NCBI RefSeq assembly: GCF_002087085.1
Contig: NZ_MWQY01000002.1
Span: forward strand, 62,001-126,000
Direction of reading: 5' to 3'
Length of the DNA stretch: 64,000 nucleotides
Shown: positions 30,027 to 40,274 of the stretch, in pieces
How positions within the stretch are numbered: the stretch's first letter is position 1
Layout of the letters: the number at the start of each line of letters is the position of its first letter
Notes under the pieces: generated by a model
Database searches by the model: none
The model's input: only the letters and a program-made list of their open reading frames with translations
Told to the model about the DNA's origin: nothing
Translations under genes and position numbers: made by a program

Positions 30027-30569
30027 CTATCCGTTGTGTTCCTGTTCCGAATCTTTCCTGGAAATCCCGACGGGCCCGCCGGCTTCCTCCAGGTAGTACC
30101 AGTAATCACTGTTCCGGAGGATTTCGATAATTTCGAAAATGAGATATATAATCCACAGAAAAGCAGCAATGGGAATAATCATGTACTGATAGAACATGGG
30201 AATCCCCAGATAGGGACTGCTCAGATTGCGAAACGCACCCGCGAAGAGCAGTCCGTAGTGGATTACATAAACGTTCAGTATAATCACAAAAAAATCTCCC
30301 GCCACAAGAACAGAGCGCTGCAGAGAGGGCTTGAGTACGCTGTAGAGCAGCGAGATTCTCATATGTTTCTTTTCCACAAAGGCAAGAAAAGAACCGAAAA
30401 AGGTAATCCAGATCATGGTGGCAAGGGCGATCTCTTCGGTCCACCCCACGGGGCGTCTGAAAACATACCGGGCCGTAACCTGCAGTACGACAACAAAGAC
30501 CATAATTAATAACGCGGCAAGGGATGTTGCCCTGGTAATATTTTCAAGCAAGCGTATTATTCTGCGCAT
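30027..30569 (-). CDS. dctQ: TRAP transporter small permease (system 2)
   Basis: QVTARYVF, WTEEIA, HMRI, SPYLGIP. Confidence 0.88.
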   Translation of the reverse strand: MRRIIRLLENITRATSLAALLIMVFVVVLQVTARYVFRRPVGWTEEIALATMIWITFFGSFLAFVEKKHMRISLLYSVLKPSLQRSVLVAGDFFVIILNVYVIHYGLLFAGAFRNLSSPYLGIPMFYQYMIIPIAAFLWIIYLIFEIIEILRNSDYWYYLEEAGGPVGISRKDSEQEHNG

Positions 30570-30689
30570 GAGACCTCCATTACGTATGCCGCTTTACCTG
30601 CGGAAAAATGCCGGACACCGCGGCTGAATGCGGTGTCCGTACCCTGGCTGCTGCCAGTACAGTCCGACTTTTTCTTTGCGTCAGCAGTA

Positions 30690-31700
30690 TCAGTACTGCT
30701 CCCCTGCCTTATTAATCTTTTCGATAAGTTCACCAAAACGGTCGGTGTAATTGGGCCAGATCTGCTCCAGGGCAACCTTTCGGAAAGCGGCATTGTTGGC
30801 GGTATTGACCTTGAGTCCCGTCTCTTCAACCATTTCGTTGAGCATGTCGGTCTCATTGTCCACGATAAATTGAATGACCCATTCGCTGGCTTCCTGGGCT
30901 GCCTCGTGAAGAACATCCTTCTGCTCCTGACTGAGGCTCTGGTACTTCTTTTCATTGATAAGGGTTTTCTGGAATGCATACACGTGATTGGTTATGGACA
31001 GATACTTCTGCACTTCATTCAGCTGGGCAGAGTAGATGTTGATTATGGGGTTTTCCTGACCGTCGAAGGTACCTGACTGCAGAGCACCATACACTTCAGG
31101 GAAGGAGAGAGCACTGGCCGCTGCGCCGAAGGTCTCGAAAGTCCTGACCCTGATTTCGCTGCTTGGTGTCCGTATTCTCAATCCCTTGAGATCCTCAGGC
31201 TTATCAATGGGACGAACATTGTTGGTGATCTGCCGGAATCCGTTTTCATAATAGGTCAGGATCCGCAGTCCATGGGCGTCAATCAGCCTCCGGGAAAGCT
31301 CTTCTCCAATTTCTCCCCAGGCTACAGCGTAGGCATGGTCCCGGTTCTTGAAAATGAAGGGAAGATCGAAGACTCCAAAACCATCTACAAACTGAACGAT
31401 CGGGGTAGACAGATTCGCCATATCCACAGTCCCCATCTTGGCCTGCTGAGCATTCTCCATGGCCGGGCCCAGCTCTGCCGCGGGATAAATATCGATTTCC
31501 ATCTTACCACCGCTCATCTTTTCCACATTTTCCTTGAAACGTTCTCCCCACAGATACACCGGATGGGGTTCGACGGTTTCATGGGCAAAGGTAAGCACCA
31601 GCTTCTCTTCACCCGCGGCAGCCCCTTCGGCTTCACCGCCTGCCCAGAGAGTAAAACCTGCAAGCAGAAACAGCACCGTCAATGAAACAACGCGTCTCAT
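30690..31700 (-). CDS. dctP: TRAP transporter substrate-binding protein (system 2)
   Basis: FDLPF, YENGFRQ, DLKGLRIR, ALQSGTFDGQENP; ATG 31700 follows GGAGG. Confidence 0.92.
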   Translation of the reverse strand: MRRVVSLTVLFLLAGFTLWAGGEAEGAAAGEEKLVLTFAHETVEPHPVYLWGERFKENVEKMSGGKMEIDIYPAAELGPAMENAQQAKMGTVDMANLSTPIVQFVDGFGVFDLPFIFKNRDHAYAVAWGEIGEELSRRLIDAHGLRILTYYENGFRQITNNVRPIDKPEDLKGLRIRTPSSEIRVRTFETFGAAASALSFPEVYGALQSGTFDGQENPIINIYSAQLNEVQKYLSITNHVYAFQKTLINEKKYQSLSQEQKDVLHEAAQEASEWVIQFIVDNETDMLNEMVEETGLKVNTANNAAFRKVALEQIWPNYTDRFGELIEKINKAGEQY

Positions 31701-31732
31701 AGACACCTCCTAATTGATACTATCCCTTCTTA

Positions 31733-31748
31733 TGCAGTTTTTATGCCA
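31733..31748 (-). promoter_or_regulatory. sigma54 -24/-12 promoter of TRAP system 2
   Basis: Minus strand TGGCATAAAAACTGCA with correct GG-N10-GC spacing. Confidence 0.75.
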
Positions 31749-31855
31749 TCCTGTGATCCTCGTCGACATGGAAGCTAAAGCGTTAAAGCATAAACATTTA
31801 AATTTTACAATTAATATAAACTATCCTGAAAGACAGAATCAGCGCTAGCACATTT

Positions 31856-31888
31856 TGCGGCATTGCATATACTGGTTGCATTACCGCA
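31856..31888. promoter_or_regulatory. Paired enhancer (UAS) TGC-N6-GCA
   Basis: TGCGGCATTGCA (31856) and TGCATTACCGCA (31877), 21 bp apart, 108 bp from the promoter. Confidence 0.65.
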
Positions 31889-31918
31889 ACTACATCGGCA
31901 GGATCCTGCCGCAAAGCG

Positions 31919-32926
31919 TCACAGTCCGAAGACAAGAACGATATACAGGGGTAAAACAAGCAGATACAGCAGGTAATTCAGGAGAATGGTAAAAGAGACA
32001 TGATCCTCCTGCATTCCCGCCTTGGATGCGATGAGGGATAAATTCGTAGCCGGGGGTGTCGTCATTTCAAGAAAAAGTATCCATTTCTGACTGAAGGACA
32101 AGCGCCCCTCAAATGCGGGAATCCTCATAATCAGAACAAAGATTCCGGGAAGCAGAAAGAAACGGACAAGAGAAACAAGCAGTGTACCGGGCAGCAGTCT
32201 GCCGATACTAGCGCGATTCAGCTGCAGCTGCCCGATCTGAGTCCCCAGGATGAAGAGAATGAGGGGAAAAGTCAGGGAACCAAGAAGTTCAAGGGAGCGC
32301 AGCAGATGATGAAGCAGCTGATCCTCTGACTCGAAAAGGGTGTTCAAACCGCTTACTGCCGCGGCTGTTCCCGCAAGGATTCCAATGAGAGGCGGTGTAA
32401 TGATTTCCCGCACTTTGGGAAGCCTGCCCTGCCCGGTTATCAGAAAATTGCCGATGGACCAGAGAATCGGCGTTTCCGCCAGAATGTAGGCTCCCACGTA
32501 CATGGAGGGAAGGTTCGGTGCAAGCTGTTCAGCAAAGAGCGGCAGGGAAAGGGGCAGAAGCTCGGTTATGGTAAGGGGTATCATCCCGGAGTTTCCGAAG
32601 GAGGAAAGAGCGATATAGGTTCTTCTCTCCTGCCTGGATCCGGGAAGAAAACGAAAAACCAGAACCGAAACCGCCAGGGCCGCCGCGATAATGACCACAG
32701 CCGCCAGAGGAAAAAGAAAGGCACCCTTTATTTCCGCGGCATCGATCTTTGCAATACGGGCAAAAAAATAGAGAGGAAAAGCCACCTGAACAATCAGGCG
32801 GCTTAAGGAGCGATAGAAATCCTTCGGCCAGCCGCCGAAGCGGCCGGCCAGGACTCCAATGGCCACAATACCGGCCAGCTGCAGAAGAGAATACAGGACT
32901 GGTATGAACAGGGTCTGAGGGTTCAC
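31919..32926 (-). CDS. AEC (auxin efflux carrier/malate permease) family transporter
   Basis: FGNSGMIPL, ITPPLIG, TFPLILFILG, TPPATN; ~10 TM. Confidence 0.82.
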   Translation of the reverse strand: MNPQTLFIPVLYSLLQLAGIVAIGVLAGRFGGWPKDFYRSLSRLIVQVAFPLYFFARIAKIDAAEIKGAFLFPLAAVVIIAAALAVSVLVFRFLPGSRQERRTYIALSSFGNSGMIPLTITELLPLSLPLFAEQLAPNLPSMYVGAYILAETPILWSIGNFLITGQGRLPKVREIITPPLIGILAGTAAAVSGLNTLFESEDQLLHHLLRSLELLGSLTFPLILFILGTQIGQLQLNRASIGRLLPGTLLVSLVRFFLLPGIFVLIMRIPAFEGRLSFSQKWILFLEMTTPPATNLSLIASKAGMQEDHVSFTILLNYLLYLLVLPLYIVLVFGL

Positions 32927-32932
32927 CCTTTT

Positions 32933-33733
32933 TCAGGCCCCCAGCCAACCGCCGTCCACGGGCAGGATATGTCCGTTGACAAAATCCGAAGCATCGGAGG
33001 CCAAAAAAATTACCGGCCCCATAATGTCTTCCAGTTCTCCAAGACGTTTCATGGGTATCCTGCCTAAGACCCAGTTCTTCATTTCCGGGTTGGAAAGAAT
33101 CTTTTTATTTATCGCCGTAAGGGTAAAAACAGGTGCGATACCGTTTACATTTACCCCCTTGGGACCCCATTCTATGGCAAGGGATCTGGTTATCTGGTTA
33201 ACTGCCCCCTTGCTGGGAGCATAGGCAAGATCCTCAGCCCTGCCTTGAAAACCTCTGACGGAAGAAATATTGATAATCTTTCCCCGTTTTTTTTCCAGCA
33301 TATAACGCCCGGCATACTTGCAGGTAAGCATTATGGACTTGAGATTCACATCCATGACCCTCTGCCAGGCAGCGGTATCGAACTCGGTGGAGGACTGCAG
33401 GTGGACGATCCCCTGACTGTTGACCAGGATATCGATCCCTCCATAGGTCTCCTCCATGAAGGACATCAGCTCTTCAACTTTTTTCTCCTCCGTAACATCC
33501 GCCGCGAAACTGGTTCCTTTTCGTCCGAGACGGTTTATCGCCTCGGCTGTTTCCGTCAAACCGGCGGGTCCGCGGCCGGATACACACACGTCAGCCCCCG
33601 CAGCGGCAAGCCCCAATGCCATGGCCTGTCCCAGCCCCTTGGTTCCGCCGACTACAAGGGCACTCCTGCCGCTGAGGCGGAACCTGTCGGTAACCGTCTT
33701 CGCCTGTTCAAACACTCTATCCAGGTCTGACAC
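32933..33733 (-). CDS. SDR oxidoreductase (KduD / gluconate 5-dehydrogenase-like)
   Basis: GGTKGLG, GKIINISS, YAPSK, RIPMKRLG, VDGGWL. Confidence 0.85.
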   Translation of the reverse strand: MSDLDRVFEQAKTVTDRFRLSGRSALVVGGTKGLGQAMALGLAAAGADVCVSGRGPAGLTETAEAINRLGRKGTSFAADVTEEKKVEELMSFMEETYGGIDILVNSQGIVHLQSSTEFDTAAWQRVMDVNLKSIMLTCKYAGRYMLEKKRGKIINISSVRGFQGRAEDLAYAPSKGAVNQITRSLAIEWGPKGVNVNGIAPVFTLTAINKKILSNPEMKNWVLGRIPMKRLGELEDIMGPVIFLASDASDFVNGHILPVDGGWLGA

Positions 33734-33734
33734 T

Positions 33735-34172
33735 CTAGGCCTCCACGATGTCGATAAGTCCGGTTCTCTCGTCTGTCACTCTGGTAGTTTTTACCCCTTT
33801 GAAGGCAATAAGCCCAACCTCGACACGGTAACAGCAGCGGGAACCGGGTTCCAGGTGTCCGACATACACCTTGTCATTGGGAGGGTCGGAAACGACTACG
33901 TGAATATGGGGTTCTCCCCCGGCAACGGAGCCGCCCAGAGAACCAACCTCAACCGGGCCTTCCAGGTTATAGTATTTATCCACCGGGGGAAGTCCGGTAC
34001 TGGTAATGGCATGCAGATTGCAGATATCGAAAGAGCCTATACCGGAGGTAAAAACTCCAGCGTCGATATTCTTCTCCTTTAAAAACTTTCTGAGTTCTTC
34101 GATGATAAGTTCGCCCCGGCGGAACGAGATCATGTAACATTCGATTCCATTGGCAGCAGGTATGGCTAACAT
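33735..34172 (-). CDS. PPC/DUF296 domain protein
   Basis: RGELIIEEL, SGIGS, EVGSLGG, PHIHVVVSD, GHL; ATG 34172 follows AGGAGG. Confidence 0.8.
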   Translation of the reverse strand: MLAIPAANGIECYMISFRRGELIIEELRKFLKEKNIDAGVFTSGIGSFDICNLHAITSTGLPPVDKYYNLEGPVEVGSLGGSVAGGEPHIHVVVSDPPNDKVYVGHLEPGSRCCYRVEVGLIAFKGVKTTRVTDERTGLIDIVEA

Positions 34173-34191
34173 TGTTTCCTCCTTACGGAAA

Positions 34192-35466
34192 TTACTTGAG
34201 CATATTGGGAATCCACAGGACAACCTGCGGCATATAGGTGACCATCAGCAGGGTTCCGATCAGCGGGATAAGGTAAAAAGCAACCTCGCTCATGATATCC
34301 TTTATGGAGACCTTGGCTATATCGCTGATCAGGAAGAGGGAGAGCCCCATGGGGGGAGTGACCAGGCCGATCATAATATTGAAGATAAACACAATCCCCA
34401 GGTGGATTTCGTTTACTCCTGCACCGACGAGGGGGGGCACCACAATGGGGACCAGCAGCAGAGTGGCGGTTGTACTGTCCAGGAACATACCGACAATAAA
34501 GAGCAGGATGTTCAGAATCAGCAGCAGCACAAGGGGATTCTGGCTTATGGACAGCAGAAAGCTCGAGAACATCTGGGGTATCTGCTCGATGGCAAGAATC
34601 CAGCCGAAGAGGGCCGCCGCCGCGACAATAATCATTATTGTAGAGGTCGACTTGACCGTCTCGAACAGGGCGGTAAGAATATGCCGCCAGGTAAGCTCAC
34701 GGTAGATAACCAGGCTGATAAAAAAGACATAGACGACCGTCGCACTTGCAGCCTCGGTGGGGGTAAAGAGACCGGAAAGCATACCGAAGATCAGCAGTAT
34801 CGGTGTAAGGAGCGCCGGAAAGGCGGGAATAAAGTCCCGGACCACCTCTTTTACGGTGGGCCAGCGCTCCGCCCGGGGATATCCCCGCACAACGGAGATG
34901 ACACCGGTCATTATCATCATGGCACCCACAGCCAGCACCGCGGGCATGATTCCCGCCAGAAGCAGCTTGACAATGGAGACACTCGCTACGGAGCCGTAGA
35001 TGACCAGGGGAATACTGGGCGGAAAGATCGGTCCCACCGTAGCGGAGGCGGCGGTAACCGCCGAAGCGAAAGATCCTCTGAAGCCCTTCTCTTTCATGGC
35101 CTTGATCTCGATCTGCCCCAGGCCTCCCACATCCGCCAGGGCGGCGCCTGACATGCCGGAAAAAATCAGGCTGGCAAAAATATTAACCTGGGCGAGTCCG
35201 CCGGGAAAGCGGCCAACCAGGGTATCGGCGAATTTAAATATTCGGTTGGTAACCCCCGATGAGTTCATGAGGTTTCCCACGAAGATAAATACAGGAACCG
35301 CAATAAAAGGGTATGAATCGAGGGCGTAATGCATTCTCTGGGTCACCAGAGTCAAGGTCACCCCGGAGCTGAAAACATAGAGAAGTGCGGGAATGATTAT
35401 GGAAAGAACGACTGGAAAACCCAGTATGAATAAAATGAAGAACAAGGCTAACAGAACAAAACCCAT
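34192..35466 (-). CDS. dctM: TRAP transporter large permease (system 3)
   Basis: AVPVFIFVGNLM, FSGMSGAALAD, FPPSIP, TPPMG. Confidence 0.93.
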   Translation of the reverse strand: MGFVLLALFFILFILGFPVVLSIIIPALLYVFSSGVTLTLVTQRMHYALDSYPFIAVPVFIFVGNLMNSSGVTNRIFKFADTLVGRFPGGLAQVNIFASLIFSGMSGAALADVGGLGQIEIKAMKEKGFRGSFASAVTAASATVGPIFPPSIPLVIYGSVASVSIVKLLLAGIMPAVLAVGAMMIMTGVISVVRGYPRAERWPTVKEVVRDFIPAFPALLTPILLIFGMLSGLFTPTEAASATVVYVFFISLVIYRELTWRHILTALFETVKSTSTIMIIVAAAALFGWILAIEQIPQMFSSFLLSISQNPLVLLLILNILLFIVGMFLDSTTATLLLVPIVVPPLVGAGVNEIHLGIVFIFNIMIGLVTPPMGLSLFLISDIAKVSIKDIMSEVAFYLIPLIGTLLMVTYMPQVVLWIPNMLK

Positions 35467-35490
35467 AAAAGAATCCTCCGGTAGTAAGGC

Positions 35491-35973
35491 TTACGGCTTG
35501 TTTTTCGACCAGGGGACATCAGGATGCCTGAGAAAGCGTATGAACATCCTTGTGTAAGCCACGGTCAGCAGAATGAATCCCAAAACGGTCGGCATAATGA
35601 ATATGGGAAAAGGAATCGACAGGGTTGCAGTCCGGTTTGCGAGGTTCTGCATCAGGGTTAAAACCGATCCGTAGGCAACGATCCCGAAGACCACGGCGGC
35701 ACTGAGAAACGAAAGCAGCCGGACAGGATAGCGAAGCCAGAAGGGAAACCACGTCTGCAGCTCTTCCATTCTTATATGCCCGCCCTCCCTTGCAGCATAG
35801 GGTGCACCAAAAAAAACCACGCAGATCAGAAAGTAGCGTACCAGCTCCTCAGCACCTTTAAGGGGAGCCAGAAAAACCACCCGCATGACGATCTGTGCAA
35901 TTACCAGCAGAATGAGGCTTGCAAGAAAGAATGTACCGAGATACTTATCCAAATTTCGGATAAAGGCCTTCAT
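35491..35973 (-). CDS. dctQ: TRAP transporter small permease (system 3)
   Basis: AEELVRY, GGHIRM, 4 TM. Confidence 0.88.
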   Translation of the reverse strand: MKAFIRNLDKYLGTFFLASLILLVIAQIVMRVVFLAPLKGAEELVRYFLICVVFFGAPYAAREGGHIRMEELQTWFPFWLRYPVRLLSFLSAAVVFGIVAYGSVLTLMQNLANRTATLSIPFPIFIMPTVLGFILLTVAYTRMFIRFLRHPDVPWSKNKP

Positions 35974-36113
35974 TAGGGACTCCTTCGTATGATCACATCT
36001 AAAAACTTCTCTTGTGTAAAATTACCACGTTTTCAGGGGTGTCCATATTACAAAAAGGGCGCCGCCGCGCAGGTGTCGTGGCGGCGCCGGAAATACAAAT
36101 CCGGAATCAGCGC

Positions 36114-37133
36114 TTACTTGATCTGCTGAATTCTCTCTACATAGGGTTTCCAGTTGGGGAAATCCTGGTACAGCTTGGCCAGTACGGCTTCGCGGAACTC
36201 GTCGATCTTGAGGCCGTTGGACTCGTCGATAAAGGTCATGCCTTCGTCCATCAGTTTCTGCTTGACCTCGTCGTTTACGGCCGCGACCCATTCTACCGAT
36301 TCATCCCGTACCTCAACCATTGCTTCCTTGATCAGCGCCTGGTCGGCTTCGGGGATTTTCTGCCAGGACTTCTCGTTGATGAAGGTTACCAGAACAGCGT
36401 GCATGTGACTGGTCATCATGATGTAGTCCTGAACTTCGTAGAATTTCTGGGCATAGATGTTTTCCAGCGGATTTTCCTGACCAAGAACAACACCGGTCAT
36501 AAGGGCCGTATGAAGTTCGGTGATCTCAACAGGGGTAGGAATAGCGCCCATACCTTCGATCATGGTCATCCACAGCTGAACGGGAACACCCCGGAACTTT
36601 TTACCCTTCATGTCGGCGGGAGAATAGACGGGATATGTGGCAGAGAGCTGCCGGGCGCCGCGGTAGTGCACGCCGAGGAGCCGGATACCTGCTATGTCCA
36701 CCAGTTCTTCACTGAACTCCTGGGCAACGGGAGAGACATTGGGGTCACCGGCTTTGATGGCATGATCAACATCCCTGTAGATAAAGGGAGAGTTGAAAAC
36801 CGACATGTCGGTCATATACTTGCCGAGGGAGGAAAAGTCGTGGTGTCCCATATCGATGGCCCCTGACTTGATCCCGTCCACCATTTCACTGACACCGCCC
36901 AGCTGGGAATTGGGATAAACCTGAAGCTTTACTCTTCCGTCGCTCTTTTCTTCAATTCTCTTTGCAAGGGTGTCCGCATACTTTGTCTGAATTTCTCCGG
37001 CGATACCGACATGGGCATACTTCAGAACAATGGGTTCCGTGCCCTGGGAAGAAGCTTCCTGCCCTCCGCCTGCGAATACCATCGGGGCTGCAATCACCAG
37101 TACCAGCAGCAGCGACAGATATTTTGCCTTCAT
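36114..37133 (-). CDS. dctP: TRAP transporter substrate-binding protein (system 3)
   Basis: YPNSQLG, DMKGKKFR, ALMTGVVLGQENP. Confidence 0.92.
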   Translation of the reverse strand: MKAKYLSLLLVLVIAAPMVFAGGGQEASSQGTEPIVLKYAHVGIAGEIQTKYADTLAKRIEEKSDGRVKLQVYPNSQLGGVSEMVDGIKSGAIDMGHHDFSSLGKYMTDMSVFNSPFIYRDVDHAIKAGDPNVSPVAQEFSEELVDIAGIRLLGVHYRGARQLSATYPVYSPADMKGKKFRGVPVQLWMTMIEGMGAIPTPVEITELHTALMTGVVLGQENPLENIYAQKFYEVQDYIMMTSHMHAVLVTFINEKSWQKIPEADQALIKEAMVEVRDESVEWVAAVNDEVKQKLMDEGMTFIDESNGLKIDEFREAVLAKLYQDFPNWKPYVERIQQIK

Positions 37134-37158
37134 AAAAACCTCCTTAATCTTGAAATGT

Positions 37159-37307
37159 GTAAACGTTTTCTTGTACCTCTTTAGACTCTAAACCCGTTTT
37201 ATCCATCTGTCAAAGAATTTTTGCCCTTCCCGGTCTATTTTATCGAATTTTCCACGAATTATTTGACAACAGAGACGATTTAAGCATACTATCAGGTAAA
37301 CGTTTTC
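37159..37307. promoter_or_regulatory. Divergent sigma70 promoters, each followed by the same LacI-type operator
   Basis: GTAAACGTTTTC at 37159-37170 and 37296-37307; minus TTGACA(37213-08)-17-TAGAGT; plus TTGACA(37263)-16-CATACT. Confidence 0.75.
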
Positions 37308-37372
37308 CCCTTCTTCACTTCATGAATAACACTTGAAGGGAAACAAAGAGTGGTGTAACGTCGGAGTGCCAC

Positions 37373-38407
37373 ATGATAAAAGCATATAAAATCAAACGAG
37401 CTACAATTAAAGACGTTGCCCGCGCAGCTGGAGTTTCAATCGCTACGGTATCCAGGGTTATCAACGGAAACTACTATGTCAGTCCCCGGATTGAAGAAAA
37501 GGTACAGCAGGCCATCGCCGAGTCGGGGTATGTGCCCAATTCCGTTGCCCGCAGTCTGAAGAGCAATACGACATACCTGATCGGTTTTATCGTATCGGAC
37601 ATTTCCAACTTCATGCTGATGTCCATAGCCCGGTCCATCGAAAATGTTATCCGGGACAACGGGTATAACCTGCTTGTCTGCAGTACGGAAAACGACGAAG
37701 AGCTGGAAAGAAAATACATTGACGCCCTTGTGTCCCGGAACATATCCGGTATTGTTCTGCACAGTACCGGTAAACTCGAGGAATACATAACTCAGGTCAG
37801 TCAGCATGTCCCCATAGCCCTGGTGTACCGGCATGTCGAACACAGCGGATTCATCGGCGATACCATCGATACGGATGCCCGGCAGGCCAGCTACGACATG
37901 ACGCGGCACCTTATCGATTCGGGACACAAACGCATCGGAATGCTGAACGGTTATATGCAGTTCAGTACCAGCCGGGACAGATGGCGGGGATTCTGCTCCG
38001 CCATGGAAGAGGCAGGCCTGCCGGTAAACGATAAATACATCGCCAACGGCGATTTTACGGAAGCCGACGGGTATACGGGCACTCTGCGTATGATGTCCCA
38101 GGACCCTCCCCCCACAGCTCTTATTGGTATGAATACAGCAGTAACCGTTGGGGCCATGAAATATCTGCAGGAAGCAGGAATTTCAATTCCAGAGGACATC
38201 TCCGTCGTATGCTACGGAGAAGTGGAAAACTCGGAACTCATGAAGATCTCTCCAACCCGGGTTCCTCAGTTCCCCTCGGATCTGGGTTCAAAGGTTGGAG
38301 AGCTTATTCTGGACAGAATAAAAAATCCCGGAAGATCAAACCGGGAAGTCATTTTCGGAGCAAAGATTATCCCGGGAAACTCCGTTGCCCCCCCTCCGAA
38401 CAACTGA
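37373..38407 (+). CDS. LacI family transcriptional regulator
   Basis: TIKDVARAAGVSIATVSRVIN, YVPNSVARSL. Confidence 0.93.
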   Translation: MIKAYKIKRATIKDVARAAGVSIATVSRVINGNYYVSPRIEEKVQQAIAESGYVPNSVARSLKSNTTYLIGFIVSDISNFMLMSIARSIENVIRDNGYNLLVCSTENDEELERKYIDALVSRNISGIVLHSTGKLEEYITQVSQHVPIALVYRHVEHSGFIGDTIDTDARQASYDMTRHLIDSGHKRIGMLNGYMQFSTSRDRWRGFCSAMEEAGLPVNDKYIANGDFTEADGYTGTLRMMSQDPPPTALIGMNTAVTVGAMKYLQEAGISIPEDISVVCYGEVENSELMKISPTRVPQFPSDLGSKVGELILDRIKNPGRSNREVIFGAKIIPGNSVAPPPNN

Positions 38408-38420
38408 GTATCCGAATCCG

Positions 38421-38438
38421 ATGTCCTACGTAGGACAT
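38421..38438. promoter_or_regulatory. Perfect 18-bp palindrome, probable LacI-type operator
   Basis: ATGTCCTACGTAGGACAT upstream of the second LacI gene. Confidence 0.6.
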
Positions 38439-38494
38439 TCTTTGGTCAAACCCTTGTTATACTGAAACAATAACCGCTATACTTTTCAGCAGGA

Positions 38495-39577
38495 ATGCAG
38501 GATCGGATTACCCAGAACTCAATTGCCCGGGCCCTCGGATTATCGATAAAGACCGTCCAGCGGGCTTTTTCGGGATCAGACAAGGTTGCAGAGAGCACAA
38601 AAACCAGTATACAAAATTACGCTGCCCTGGTGGGTTATTCATGCAATAGAAGCGCCCGGTCTCTGGTACGCAACAATCTGCGCAACATCCATCTGTTCTC
38701 CTCGTCTTCTCCTCATTACTTCTGGACCAGCGTTGCCAGGGGGATGGAAAGCGCGCTTCTTGAAATCCGGGATTTCGGGTATTCCGCTGTCTACCATCCC
38801 GTACCGGCCAAGAATACCGGCGCCTATATGAAGGAACTTCAGCTGGCGAGCACCGGAGGCATGGATGCCGCTGCATTGGTAAATAATCCGGAATATGATA
38901 TGGGACGGATATTCGGCTTTCTCGACCGCCGAAATATCCCCTACATTACCCTCAACATCGATGCCGTCGAAACGAACAGACTCGCTTTCATCGGCCCGGA
39001 CTATGGCGCCGGAGGCAGACTCGCTGCGGAGTTCCTGGGAAAAACAATACGGGGAAATGGCAGGATACTCATTATCCATAACCCGGTGGATTCCGAGCAC
39101 ATACTTGCGGGAGCTCATATAAACGAAGAACGGCTGCTTCATTTTGTTTCATATCTTTCGGTGCATTTCCCCCGTGTCGAGCACCAGGTTATTTCCTTTC
39201 GGTCAAGACAGAGCAGAGAAGACATGATGCAGGAGCTTGACGAGATACTGAGAGACGAAGCGGACAGTTTTTCCGGAATATACAGCATCGCGGACATACA
39301 GGAATTACTGGGGGAGAAAATTCTTCACCAGGGTCTGGAAAACCGGTATAGTATTCTGGTCCACGGCGTCAACCCGGATACCGGCATGTACCTTCTGTCC
39401 CATGCGTTTACCGCTGCTATCCATCAAAATCCCTTCAGACAGGGGTATTACGCTGTAAGGCTCCTCGAGCATTATCTGGAGAACGGAAGCATGCCGGCGA
39501 CAATTCCCTCAATTCCTCAGGGTATTTTGCTGGGGAACTCAATAAATGACCAGGATGATTTTTGGAGGATAGAATAG
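38495..39577 (+). CDS. LacI family transcriptional regulator
   Basis: [30 protein letters not shown], periplasmic-binding-type domain ([10 protein letters not shown]). Confidence 0.88.
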   Translation: MQDRITQNSIARALGLSIKTVQRAFSGSDKVAESTKTSIQNYAALVGYSCNRSARSLVRNNLRNIHLFSSSSPHYFWTSVARGMESALLEIRDFGYSAVYHPVPAKNTGAYMKELQLASTGGMDAAALVNNPEYDMGRIFGFLDRRNIPYITLNIDAVETNRLAFIGPDYGAGGRLAAEFLGKTIRGNGRILIIHNPVDSEHILAGAHINEERLLHFVSYLSVHFPRVEHQVISFRSRQSREDMMQELDEILRDEADSFSGIYSIADIQELLGEKILHQGLENRYSILVHGVNPDTGMYLLSHAFTAAIHQNPFRQGYYAVRLLEHYLENGSMPATIPSIPQGILLGNSINDQDDFWRIE

Positions 39578-40242
39578 TGTCCCTTCGCCTCAACTCACTT
39601 CTCAACGGAATGTATGTCTCTCTGGCAAGGATCTGCCCCAGCCCCCTGAGTCCCGAGGGTATGCACGGCGCGCTGACCGCCGTTGCCCTCTCCCCGAACC
39701 CGAGCCTTCCCAACGCCTGGATCCCCGTGTTGTACAATATGAAGGGAGATCAGCCCGAATTTCTTGACCGCGATCAGGCGAAAGAGTTTCTTGATACAGC
39801 CGTAACAGCCTATAACAGCGTGGTTGCCTCGCTTACCGGAAACGAAGAGTACTCCCTTACCTTCAGTGTCGGGGAGAAACCGGATGCACAGGAGGCAACA
39901 AAGCTGCAGGCCTGGTGCGAAGGATTTATCAAGGGACTGCGCCAGACCGGCGTCGATCCCGCGGATTATGACCTCGATTTTATATCCCTCATGAGCCCCA
40001 TAGCCTTCTGCGCGAGGCCTGACTCCTTTACGTCCGTCGATGACAAGGAGATTATGGGTGAACAGATCCATCGTATTGCCGGAGAAATTCCCGCCAACCT
40101 TGTTGCCTTGAGGAACTACTTTTATCTGGACATCCAGAAGAAGCGTTTGGCCGGGGGCACGAAGAATCCGGGGCGTAACGACCCCTGCCCCTGCGGAAGC
40201 GGAAAAAAATACAAACATTGCTGCGGCAGAACTAATTCTTGA
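39577..40242 (+). CDS. YecA/UPF0149 family protein with SEC-C motif
   Basis: HGALTA, WCEGF, C-terminal [21 protein letters not shown] 39577 follows GGAGG. Confidence 0.85.
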   Translation: MSLRLNSLLNGMYVSLARICPSPLSPEGMHGALTAVALSPNPSLPNAWIPVLYNMKGDQPEFLDRDQAKEFLDTAVTAYNSVVASLTGNEEYSLTFSVGEKPDAQEATKLQAWCEGFIKGLRQTGVDPADYDLDFISLMSPIAFCARPDSFTSVDDKEIMGEQIHRIAGEIPANLVALRNYFYLDIQKKRLAGGTKNPGRNDPCPCGSGKKYKHCCGRTNS

Positions 40243-40274
40243 CAATCCCTCCGGCTGGTGTATGATTCAGTATC

